From Lytechinus pictus (lineage: Eukaryota): DNA of 64,000 nt. A program made the position numbers and the translations under genes. The stretch spans positions 53,692,001 through 53,756,000 of the forward strand of contig NC_087246.1 in assembly GCF_037042905.1 (NCBI RefSeq), given 5' to 3'. Each line of letters starts with the position of its first letter. Positions within the stretch are counted from its first letter, which is position 1. Below the pieces are notes generated by a model. The model was not told the DNA's origin. It saw nothing but the letters and a program-made list of their open reading frames with translations, and made no database searches. Below, one piece after another: positions 1 through 11,987 of this stretch.

Positions 1-459
1 CACGTAATCCATTAACCGACTTGAGCTAAGCCTAGTTGGTAAGCCACATACCGGATGACAAGGCTCCTATACCGTCATCTCGCCCGCAACTTGCCCGTGG
101 CATCGCCCGGTGTTTATCACTCAGTTCTAAGGTCATTGCAGCCAGGACAATCTTGGCACCGACTGGCAACAGCTCTCCCCAATAGGATTCGTTTTCCCCA
201 GTCGAACCCTCCTCTTCTTCTTGCTTTGTATGCTATTTGAAAAGGGAACTCCTGGTGTCATACAAACTGAGAAGGGAATTATCAAGAGGTGTATCCAGGT
301 ATTGATAAAGAAGGGGTGCAATCTTTGCTAAGAGAGAGAAGGAGTCAGTGACGCTACAGTCATGACAGTCACTGAGTCACACCAACAAAACTGACTCCAA
401 GTCCAAACCTAAAACCGACTGCATGATTTGCTATGACATACAACGGACAAGCTTTGGTC

Positions 460-580
460 ACAAAGCTCAGCAATGATCGTCGAACATTTTTCTACGATTG
501 ATTGCACTGACTACAATGTACAAGTCAATCGTAAAATATCAAGCGTACGATTAATCGCAACTCTTTGTGTTACGGGACCC
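460..580. mobile_element. Harbinger-like MITE, left-truncated copy
   Basis: Colinear with the full copy at 43414-43545; ends TTTGTGTTACGGGACCC. Confidence 0.75.
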
Positions 581-634
581 TGGAGTCGGTTTTACTGGTA
601 TGAATGAAGCATAAGATGTGATCTTATGTCAATG

Positions 635-870
635 ATAATAATAATAATAACTCTTATTCACCCAGAGTAGCCACTTCAGTTTTAGGAAACTGCTCTACCA
701 GCGGGCCCTGCATAACATAATATGTTATCATTACCCTTCTCCAATCTAAATGCTGAGCGCCGAGCGAGGAGGCAGAATGTCCCACTATTCAAAGTCTTTG
801 GTATGACTCGGCCGGGGATCGAACACCCGACTTCCCGATCATGAGGCGGGCGCTCTACCACTGAGCCACC
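635..870 (-). mobile_element. tRNA-derived SINE, family A (Meta-like central domain)
   Basis: Head GGTGGCTCAGTGGTAGAGC...GTTCGATCCCCGGCC (A and B boxes), then GTCATACCAAAGAC..., a stem-loop tail GCAGGGCCCGCTGG...GTGGCTACTCTGGG and (TTA)n. Second copy at 53343. Confidence 0.85.
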
Positions 871-2080
871 TTGTTGAGGTCTGTTCCCCAACAGTCTTGT
901 TTCAACATCATATGGAATGAACAGCACTAAACTCTTTATTCAAACCTTCAAAATAGCTGAAAATAATTTTTTGGTATAACTGCAAAATCTATTTTTGATA
1001 CGGGTTTGTAAAACTTTAATCTGTTGTTAATGACTGATGTTTAACATTTCAATGAAGCATACAGTAAGGTAAAGATAATATTCAACATTTATCATCCATG
1101 CATTTTAATGTGTCGAGTTAATGGAATGTCTTATTCTTAAGAAGATTGATTTTTTTACGCGGTTACGTATGAGGAAAAGTGAATAACTTGGAAATAATCC
1201 TTTCAAACCCATCGTGAAACTAAATAAATCCACTGTGTACTAAAACGCTTTTATCTTATCATTTTGCAAATTTTACTTATGATTTTTTTTTTCTGTTCGT
1301 TTCATCCATCTCATTGCCACTGCACTGCTTGAGGCTAGATATGGAAGGAGCGGAGACAAGCCAGAATTTCAACTTTCCGGCTGCATGGTATTTAGGAGTC
1401 TATTCTCTCTTTCTTAAGAAGATGGAGAAGAAATGGGAAAAAAATGATGTTGCCGAATTTGTCCTGAGGTTGTAATGGAAAAAGACATGTGTGTGCCTGA
1501 TAACCTAATCCCAATTTATACCTATATGCATCATACCTCTTTGCGGATAAAGGTAGATGCCATTATGGTACAAAAATACGCCAGATGAAGGGTGGAGAAA
1601 AGGAGACATAATATAGTGAGATAAAGAGAGAGAGAGAGAGAAGGAGGCGCAGAAAAGAAAAAACTAAAAAAAGATAATTGCAGATATATTTTGATAATGG
1701 CTCGATCCATTTAGAGATTTAGTACCTGTTATGTAATTCTTGAGTGTTTTGACTAATATGTTTTCAATCCGTTCATAAATGCGTTTCGGATTAGGATTCT
1801 GTGAACACGAAATGAAATACAACCGAATAAAATGAGAACTGCCATTACTAAGACAACCATGATGTTGTCATGAAGCCATATTCATATTTATATTAACAAC
1901 ATCAACAACAACGCCAATACTTACCGTAACGATTAACGTGTAAAAATACAAATGATACACATGTACGAGTGTGTTGTGGCGATGCAGTGCATTAATAATG
2001 TCACAAGCACGATAGAGATGCCTGCTTTGCCACTAACATTACGAATTGTACATTATTTGTTTTATAAAACGGGTCGGCAG

Positions 2081-2159
2081 TATTTATTTATTTATTTATT
2101 TCAAATATTTAAAAGAAGGGTAGCCCAATCAGCAACAAGCTGGTTTTCGTTGGGGCCCT
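2081..2159 (-). mobile_element. LINE-like 3' terminus with stem-loop and (TAAA)n tail
   Basis: Reverse complement AGGGCCCC...CAGC-loop-GCTG..GGGCTACCCT..TAAATA then (AAAT)n. Confidence 0.5.
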
Positions 2160-4280
2160 TCGTAAACAAACACAAATATAAACATGGTGACACATTCGAA
2201 TATTCGTAGTGGAAAGTTCGTTCAAATGGCCGCAAATATTAAAGCATCGCACAGACGAAGAGGTCACAATCTGCTTGACCCGTGTTATATTATCCATTAA
2301 AAATTATCAATTAAATTTTTTTTTTTTTCAAAACGACTTAAAGAAAAATGTCGGATTGGTGCGTGCTGATATTTTGGAAGGGATGTGAGAGAAAGGAGAA
2401 AGCAAATTTTGATAAAGACCTACATGTATTAAACAGACCTGCAATGATCCATAGTCACGCAAAAATGATATGTATTTTTTTCTTGATCATTTCGATGGGA
2501 TGTAGCCGATACTTGAAAGTGCAAAGTTGTCTGAACCTTCTTGGTATGAACCTTTTCTCTTTGACTATCCAATCTCATTCCCCCCACTCCCTTCAACATT
2601 CATTTAACGTGGAAAGGGGGGAAACAGAGATTATTCTTCTAAATTGTGCTCATGAAGCACATGCGATCATTTAGTTGATAAAAACCGAATTTAATGGTAT
2701 CCTCGATTCATATATTGACAATTTCGACAATTATAAGCTAGGTGTGCGTGTGCACATGGTTTTCAATCAGAGAGATGTATGCTTCCGTTCAGCATGTTCA
2801 GCGCGTGCGCACGCTGTAAAAAATATTACTTTTTGATTTTCGAGCTGGTAAGCTGATGCGCAACGCACTTGCACCAATTTCCGAGACAAAGTGTGATACT
2901 AAATATAGTTCTATCAACTAACAAACGTGGTTATAAAGGCACCACTCTCAATGATAAATGATATCAATGTATTTTAAAATCTGAACTCAATTTATGATAT
3001 GAGCTCCTTTGCATGGTGGCGAAAGTGACTGAAGATGAGGTTTTATGAAAACGCCGTGGAAAGCATAAAAAGAATATTCATGGGGTTTTTTTTCAGTGAA
3101 AGATCTGATAAGAACACTGGCCCGTGAAGTCGGGTTTAAGTTAAACGCTGGTTTGTAGTTGCGATTTTAATATGGATGGCCAATTGTGACGGAAATCTGT
3201 AAAGGTTAGATTACGATCCATTAAAAAAAATAACATAGTTCAGAATTTTACTTTTTAGAGCCACTAGCAGCCCACATGTCATGCCATATGTTTTTTTTTT
3301 TATAAATTCCCATTTTTACGGCTCATTCCCATTCAGTTAAAGCATGAAATTATGTCTGATGATGCATTAAATGCAAATATGAGAAAACGTGATACTATTT
3401 TCACTCACACGTGACGTCACAAAATTAATTTTTTTTCAAATCTAATATTTTGTTATTCTTTGATTGACATTCGTCAGACATTCATTGATTTATCATTTTC
3501 GGTTTTTATCAAACAAACTTATCGTCTTGGTAAAATTCCTAGTTTAAGATTTGTACTTCATTGCAATTGTGCCAAATGGGTATTATAAATCAAATTTAAT
3601 GGCGCTGATTTTAAATGTTTTAATTGGACTTCAATGTGAGTTTAGGTGCAGAAAATATACAAAACATAAACCTTCATTTCGATATTTCTGCGAGTGTAAA
3701 AGGTATTCGTCCTTCTATTTCAATATGCTTCCAAACTCACCTTTTGATCAACAATTTCCATCGCATACGGTGATGAAAAGTCGGTTGAACTTCTTCCATT
3801 CGACATCTAACAAAATAAACAAAAGATACAATGGAAAACATTAATGCAAGATGTGATAAATTGAAATTACGTTCGAAGGGTACGCCATGAAAACACTATA
3901 ATAATATAATAATAATATTAATTAAAAGTAAAAAAAATAAAAATAAACAGCTACGTTACAATCTAAAACGGGATAGACTAACGTTGAATCTTTGTTAGGG
4001 TTTTCTGTACCTTTTCCTTCTGATATCGCGAGCTTTCTTGGAGAATGTGGTATGGTTTAATTGATAGTGTTTTATAAGTTATATCTGTTGATATGAAAAA
4101 TAAAAATGAAATAAGGTCATTTATTCTGGCCTATTATTATCAAACAGAAAATGGGTGACTGGCTCTCAATTAACTTTAACACCAGTCACATCACCGAAAA
4201 TGAATTAAACTGGTAAAGGGTTTGACGTCAAGAGGTGTTGAACTTTTAATGATGTGATTAGTATCATTTTCATAAACCCA

Positions 4281-4435
4281 TATTCAGCATCCTGTGTAAC
4301 GCTCTTCTCTCAGCACCAATTTATATCAGGTGTTCAGTACTATGCATAATGCTCTTACTCTCAGCAGCGAACCATATCTGGTGTTCATTATCCTGTATAA
4401 TGCTCTTAGCACCGAACAATATACGGTGTTCAGCA
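4281..4435. repeat. Degenerate ~50-bp minisatellite, 3 units
   Basis: Unit TGTTCAGCATCCTGTATAATGCTCTT(ACTCTC)AGCACCGAACCATATCGG starting at 4281, 4331 and 4382. Confidence 0.75.
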
Positions 4436-7400
4436 GTCCATATTAGTCAAGCAGCACCGACCCTGCCGACATCAACACCAAGCAACACCAAATCTGAAAT
4501 CGCCTAGTGGGTCACACGTGGCTTTTTTTCTTTGATATATAGAGTATTTGCTTTCATACAGATCCCATGAATGTATTAACAAATTGATAATGATCATGAC
4601 ATACAGAGGAAATAAGAGGCGAACACAGCATAATAATCATTTCGATTTTTGTTTTCATCTTGCAAAATGTCTTTCACATGAGTGCTCCTAGGTTGACAGC
4701 TGAATCCCTTAGCCTAAGGATGTGGCCTATAGGGAACATACACGAGTAAGAGAGAGAGATAGAGGGAGAAAGAGAGAGAGAGGGGGAGAGAGGGGGAGAG
4801 AGAGCTGAAAGATAGATAAATAGGTGGGGTTGATCGACGCTCGTTGGGGGCGTCAGGGTGACGAAAGATTATATTCTGATTTACGTCAATATGGTGCTTT
4901 TTGTGGTGACCATTTGTATAGAGCAAAATCTGATGAAGTACGGTGGGATAGAAAGGCAGATACTGCCAACTCTGTATAGTTCCACGCGATAAACAGTGGA
5001 ATCGTATATTTTTACATCGCGGTTTTGACTTGAAATAAAAGCACTGTGAAGACCCAATATATACCATTGCTGTTTTACCAATATAGCTATAACACAAGGG
5101 GTAGAACTCGTTCATTTCGCTATTGCCAACCTTCGTTCCTCATTTTTAAACTTTCCTTTTTATTTTATTTATTAATCTTTTCGGGGGGGGGGGGAGTAAA
5201 AACTCATGCCCATTGCTTTCTTTAAAAACATCTTTTGAACAAAAGAGTCAAAGTATATACACCAAAGCAACCTGGTCTGTGGACTCAAACTAGTAGGCCT
5301 ATTATTCGTATGGCGAGCATTACAGGCCTCCACTCATAAATTCAGTCAAACTCGACTTAAAATGTGTAAAATCATAATAACTCGTTTCAAAATATTGCTT
5401 ACATTGAAGAAAAATTTGCAAGGAACATGTGTAATAATATTTTGAAAAACTAATGTGAAATCTACATAATAAACAAACATTAGGAGATCTGTCGGTTCAG
5501 GAGAAAATGATACTTTCCGAGCAAGCTAAGTAAACTATGGATTGAAGCAATTTCGGTAAACGGTGACGAGACTCAACTGAATTTTCGAAACAACATAACG
5601 TTTATTTGAGTGGAACTGAAAGGTTGTCGCATTACATGAAACAAAAAGACGCCCCAAACTTTAAGATCTCATGTAAATCAGCAGTGCAATTTGCGAAGCA
5701 TAATATAGAACAAACGTTTTTCATGGTTTGTTTAAAAAGACTATCGGGTTTAAAAAAAAACAAGACAGTTTATAAATCACGGTATCACGGTGCACAATTA
5801 GACTGTAAGATAAACGAGTCTTCTTCTCAAGGATATTTAATCCTTCGTATGTATTCCGAATAGCAGTGGTCCGAATATTACACAAGCCTTACAAATGCAG
5901 ACAACCAAGACCCGTTTAAACCTTACGTTTTTTCTCGAATGTATTATTTTTTTTCGAGGTGTAACAGCTTCCGTTTATAATGATGGTAAGGGGGCTGGAA
6001 AGAAATAAAGGGGGTGGTTTAAAACTTGGTCTGTCATTCTTCGCTACTTCATAATCCCCTCGAATAATACCAACGGGTCTAAATAGCGCCAAACTCCCTC
6101 CATAAAAAACATAGACGCTGGGAAGCCCATGTCCCCCAGCCTATTCCGATGTTTTTGAAAATTTTATGTTTTCTTTGCCTACGGCCAGATAACACGCGAT
6201 TCATTTGGATTTATTTATTCAGGCGTCTGAAAATTAGAAAGTTACAAAGTTTCCACTGACATGCTTTAACGATGATGAAATATATTGGTAAGAAATGTAA
6301 TACGTTGTGTGTTGTACGGGAGGCGCTTTGAACCAGAGCGGTGCATTAACTTTCAGAATCCAGGGAGTGTAATGGTCAGAAGAATGAGGGAAGCATTAAT
6401 GCATAATAATACAGTATCATATATCATCTTCACATTGTTGATCTTATGCACAAATCTGCTTCAGTGTTGCGGTGTGGAAGAAACATAATCTATTCGAGTC
6501 AATGTACATGAGCATCTAGATTTGACAATAAAATGAAATGTTACTTTACCCCCCCCCCCCCCGCCCCCTTAACAAATGTTATACAGGCTTCTCCTTTTGA
6601 AATTACAAAATGCGATAAATTTTGTAAATGTTTTCATCTAAATTTCGGTGGCGTAACAGAAGTAAGATAGGATAATGCGGGTGATGGGTATATAGATGCA
6701 TTTCATCATTCTGATTTTCTTGAGAGCGATCGAAGCAAGAGAGCCAAAAATATCTAAAATCGACCAGATATCCAGGTAAATTTTGGAAAACATACAATGC
6801 AACGATTTATCAATAAACGATATCATGATTAGTATTTGCGAGTGTGGGTGTGTATGTGGGGTGATAGGTGGGGGTCTATTATTTTCAGAGTGTGCATAAC
6901 AAAGAAGTGGTGCATGTGTTCGTCTTAACACAAATGAAGAAAATGGTGATAAATATTATCATCAAGAAGATAGATGACCAAGCTTTGCGCATGTGTATTC
7001 TTATCATTAATTTTACCGTGCAGCCTTTCGTCAAAATATATATATATATTTATTTTTATTGTCTTATTTACAGTACTTTTTGAACCAAAGTTTAAGACCT
7101 TAAGCTGGTGAGCCCGCGGTTGTCTTGGAAAGATTATCGACGCCGGCAAATGACAGCAGTATCTCATGATATAATATTTAAAAAAACAAGAAATATACTA
7201 AATTTTCAACTACATTTTTATGTGGGTATTCATTAACGTTCATTTCAGATGTTTGTTTTTCAGCGAATTTGTTGTCATGTGGGGTGATTGATCTCGAATG
7301 AATATATTCATGTAACTTACAATTATAATTATTGGTGAACTTGACTAAAATATATTTCAATGATTCCTGAGAAATGAGAGGAATAAAATAGCCGTCATTT

Positions 7401-10381
7401 TACACGTAAAGCATAATGCATTCGAGATATCGCTCTGCAGCAAATTGGCTTTAATTACCTATCTGAAGGTAATTAAACTGACACTTAAAAATAGAGATAC
7501 GAGACTATTTTTTTCAGACTTCCCTTTGTCGAATTTAACATTGATGTTTAAGTAGAAAATAAAGTCGATCACACTTTAAAGTATATAATATTCATATTTC
7601 ATCCACAAAATGGTTCGATTTGATTTATCAGATGTCAATATTTATAGATATAGGTCATTTCGTAAATCTTATTTAGACTCAATGTCATTCATCATGAATA
7701 TCATGAAGATGGACGTCAGTTAAATCGTGTATCAATAAATAAAAACATATTTTTATATAGGAATGTATTTCTGGCACCTCAATTAGATTAATTGATGTAT
7801 AAGACTTTGTCATAACTTAATCACTGTTTAAATAAAGGAATTGGGATAAAATCCAAGAGAATTTGGAAGACGAGTATTCATTGTGTTTGAACGAACAAGG
7901 CTTGGTTATCTAATTTCAGCTTCGTTAGTATAATGAAGATATATACAATCAGTAGTACATTTTTGTAATTGAAAAGTAATGGCATATTATTTTCTTAGGG
8001 TTTAATTAATTGTGAAATCAATGATTGTACCTCTAGTTTATATGCACCTATTGTCAGTATGTCTGTTACCATGGTTACCTAACATCATTTACCTCTTACA
8101 TTCAATCTAAATTTGCGTGAATACTTTGTTAGTGTAATGGTAAAAATACTCTAATGAAATAAAATAATTACAAAATAATTAGTATTGATTATGATTTACT
8201 AAAAACACATTTGTCATATTGTTTAATTACGAAATGGCCAATACTGAGGCAGGATACAGTCGCAGGAATACTGTATATGCTAACATACACTTCAGCTGTC
8301 TGTGTTTTATAGCTCCATGGTTTGAGAGATACGTTTTAGTTTGAGTAAAAGAAACCAATTTACAGTGAATTGATGTGTAATAATCAAGAAATCAATTTGA
8401 AAGCGTAATGGGAGAAGCACGGTTGCTAAGGCCTTAACGGGCAAACGTTCACGTGTCAAGCATGGTCGTCTTTGATTGGTCAGTTGTTGAAGGTCAAAGA
8501 CTGAGAGAAAATCTGGATCATTTTGGAAGGTATTTCTCAGAAATATTTCGTCTTATACAAATAACATTTTCTTGGATTTGTAGTAATGCATGTTAATTGT
8601 TTATGTGTTTAAAATGTTGAAATCGTCCGGGATTCAAGCTGTTTACTTCTATCATTTTTTTCAAAAATTTTGTGAAATTATCTACTTTAACTTCAATTAA
8701 TAATGATTATGTTGCGTGACTAATGATGTCACAAGTGAACAGGTATCAAGTCTTAGAACAAACAGACAGATCCGGTGAAGCACCCCCACCTAAGAATAAT
8801 AAGTCTATATGATTCTAAGGGGAATCCTTGAACGTCATTAAAACAAAATAACCAATTATCTATAAATAAATGCAGCAGACAAAAAATCAAACACATGGAT
8901 TCTAACAGGCTTATAGCATGGGGCCCTAAATTTTTCGAACAAAATCATATTTCGTTTAATAAACGAATAATCTTAGTAGATTCAAATATATGGAGCCTGG
9001 TATAAATACCATACCTGGATCACTTTGGTATCTGGAAATTCAGGAGAAGGTCGAAGTGCGAGTGGGCTGTGTCCCCGGGAGTCACACACGGAGGTCATTG
9101 GTGGATCTGTAACAATAATCATGAATATGCATGAGTACTTGTTCAACAGAGATGATGATTGGTCAAAGTATCAAGTGCACTTTGTACTTTGGTATTTCAT
9201 TTGCTGTGCGCGATGTAGGGCATGCAGTTCTCATTCTGTTCATTTTAAATACATCACGATGACTAAAAGATGCACTTGATGATGCTGCTTTTCAACATTA
9301 AAGTATTCGAATTGATATTTCCATCATCAATTAAATTTGGATTGAACGTTTTAATCGTTTAAAGCAATGAATAATGAAATAGTCGTAAAAATGATAGCTT
9401 GGAATAATACTGTAAGCGTCATTTTTGTGGTGTAGAGAATATTGTCAGTCCTGACAATAAGAAATCAGTACAAAATCCGTTTCAAAATGAAAATTCAATG
9501 TATAAAATTGTTGCATGAATGATTTTTTGAGACGTAACCAATTTTTGTTCTTCAAATCGAACACGAACAATTCAATTGTGCTCTTTAATCTGTGAACTGA
9601 GAAAATAATAATAAAAACTACTAATTTCTACCAATATTTCTTCTACGGAAACACACACACAAAAAATTATGTTCACGTCACTTATAACTTTATATCTTTA
9701 TTTCGTGACAGCAATATGTCTTCATATTTTGTGTGTGTTTTCCCCCCTATTCCTCATTCTTATCCTTGATCATAAAAAACCCCAGAAATACACACCGAAT
9801 TTCGATTTGATGATATAAAACTAAAAATATAATATATTATCGCAAAACAAAAACGAATAAAATGCGAATAAAACCTCGAAGCAGCGATCTTTACATTAAT
9901 TCAAAACGGCTTTATGAGAGGAAATAACAACGTCATTGCTACTGGCAGTGTCGGTAAAAATAATATTGCCCGGGGTTATAGTCATTATATTTTTGCCAAT
10001 AACATGTCATCAGCAGTCCCGAATACTCGAAAAACAGAGAATAGCCTTCTGCCACACACTTCATGGAAAAGAACCATGCCATATTTGGTTGCATATGTAA
10101 ATTGCTAGATAAAAAGTATGTGACGTAATTGTGATATTTTCATTGGAGATGGAACAATAAGACGGTGTCGATGATAACAGTCCATAAAGGTGCCGCACTC
10201 TTTCGAAAATAATTACCCATATAATAATGAGCAGGCCTTCTTGTATGGCAAATGTAAATAGATCAGTAGTCGGCCATATTGAAAAGCACATAACCGTGTA
10301 ACTCTCATTATGCGCACATAATGGCATCGTTGCCGCCCCTGTTTTCTTTGAAGATACTAATCTATCGGAAAACCCGACAGT

Positions 10382-10477
10382 AGAGGGAGTGTAGGGATGA
10401 AGAAGGGTAGAGAGAGGGAGAGAGGGAAGGAGAGAAGGTGGGAGAGGGAAGAGGAGAAACAGGGAGGGAAGGGGAGA
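10382..10477. repeat. Polypurine GA-rich tract
   Basis: About 95 bp almost entirely G/A. Similar tracts at 4749-4805, 18290-18372 (CT) and 42840-43000. Confidence 0.8.
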
Positions 10478-11189
10478 TTTAGTTTGAAGTTTATTCTACT
10501 CTAGCTATATCCAGTCCTTCTTAGGAATGAGTTCGCATAAATGCTTCCTATACAATTTCCTCTAAATCTAGCCTCCGGGCTATATGATAGATTGCATAAA
10601 CTCATTTTTTTCATGATGCATATAGACGCCTACATGTGTTGCCGATTTGCGGATGCTTACTAAAGTACGGATGCTAATTCCGCAGGCCTCTAACGTGCTA
10701 CAAGGTAAATATGACTCCCTACGTTGGTTTAAAATAAGAGTAGAGTAAAATCAACTTTTCTTTTAAAAGAAAAGCACTGAAGTTGCCGATTGGCGGAAGC
10801 ATTACAATTAAGATCGGAAAGCCTTCCCACAAGCAAAAGTTGGAAATGTATTTCATCTTAAATTATCCTTTACAAGAATGATACAGAGAGCCCCTAGTCA
10901 GATGAGATTAAGCATCGATTACTTGTTATATTTTAAGAAAGATTATATTTTACAGTGATAATGATGATAACAACGTGGAAAAATCAAATCTAGTTTTACG
11001 AATCTATTATTTTCGGGGAAAAAAATCACTCCGTAATAACAATAGAATTACAATAAGCATTAAAAAAACACTACTGTTGATAAAAATGATAGAAATTATA
11101 AATTACGATTATGATGATGATGATAATCATAATAATAATAATGAAACTAATAGTTATTATTTTGATATTACTACTACTACTACTACTAC

Positions 11190-11577
11190 GGTTTATTTCC
11201 AATTCGTCTAATGCCAATTCGTCCAATTGCCAACTCGTCTACTATCGTTTGGTCTACCATCAGTTCGTCCACTATCCACATGGTCTAATTGCCAATTAGT
11301 CCACTCACCATTTCGTCTAATAACCAGTTGGTCCAATGGCCATTTAGTTCATATACCATTTGGTCTAATTGGACTAAGTGTTAATTGTGCAAAATGAATG
11401 AAAATGAAATGGATAGTAGACCAATAGGTTATGAGACGAAATGGTGATTAGACGAAGTGATGATTGGACCAAATGGTTGTCAGACGAAATGTTGATGGAC
11501 GGGATGGCATTAGACTAAATGAAAGTAGACCATGTGATGGGTGGACAAATTGGCAGTATACGAATTGGCAATTTACC
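11190..11577. mobile_element. Foldback-type MITE with arms built from ~15-16-bp tandem units, inserted in an (ACT)n microsatellite
   Basis: Left arm repeats CCAWTTCGTCTA-like units; right arm repeats the inverse TAGACGAAATGG. Termini GGTTTATTTCCAATTCGT / ACGAATTGGCAATTTACC. Confidence 0.8.
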
Positions 11578-11581
11578 ACTA

Positions 11582-11597
11582 ACTACTACTACTACTC

Positions 11598-11648
<51 letters not shown>
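11582..11648. repeat. (ACT)n microsatellite
   Basis: About 22 ACT units; source of the poly-Tyr and poly-Ser pseudo-ORFs. Confidence 0.95.
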
Positions 11649-11796
11649 ATATAATAATAATAATGACAATCAATATGGTATGAAAAAAAAAAGGGTATTA
11701 GAAGAAAAGAAAAGAACAGAAAGGAAAATCGCTGGTATGATGACGATAAAAGAAGCAAGTAACAAATATAGACGAAAATCTTACAACCTACCTTTG

Positions 11797-11987
11797 TATT
11801 GTTTACTGTATTGTATTTTTGTCTATAGGCGTATCCCGCCACAAGCCTAAGCTTTTAGGGTATACGCCTTCTTTTATAAACCTAACATTCTTCATAACAA
11901 ACTGATTTTTGTATGAATTTATGTTTACGAAAAATGTCGAAATTTGTGAAATGGAAGAAAATCTTTTTTTATTTGGATTGAATTGAA
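11797..11987 (+). repeat. Dispersed repeat, probable LINE 3' UTR (copy 1)
   Basis: Closely similar to 39021-39218. Hairpin AGGCGTATCCC...GGGTATACGCCT; ends in ATTGA repeats. Confidence 0.8.

Noticed and set aside
795-870. tRNA-like sequences here and at ~20995, ~24061, ~24765, ~53343 and ~56133
   Set aside because: They continue into SINE bodies and tails and lack a complete acceptor stem and terminator; SINE heads, not tRNA genes.
7864-7885. miR-7-like string TGGAAGACGAGT; also miR-92-like TATTGCAC (~14020, ~61543) and miR-31-like AGGCAAGAT (~14681 minus)
   Set aside because: Seed-length matches only, with no full mature sequence or precursor hairpin.
11200-11570. Regularly spaced short repeats suggesting a CRISPR-like array
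   Set aside because: Units are contiguous, degenerate and inverted between arms, with no unique spacers and no cas genes; eukaryotic context.
10975-11842. Homopolymeric ORFs (poly-Y, S, T, M, I, L)
   Set aside because: Translations of (ACT)n, (ATG)n and (AAT)n microsatellites.
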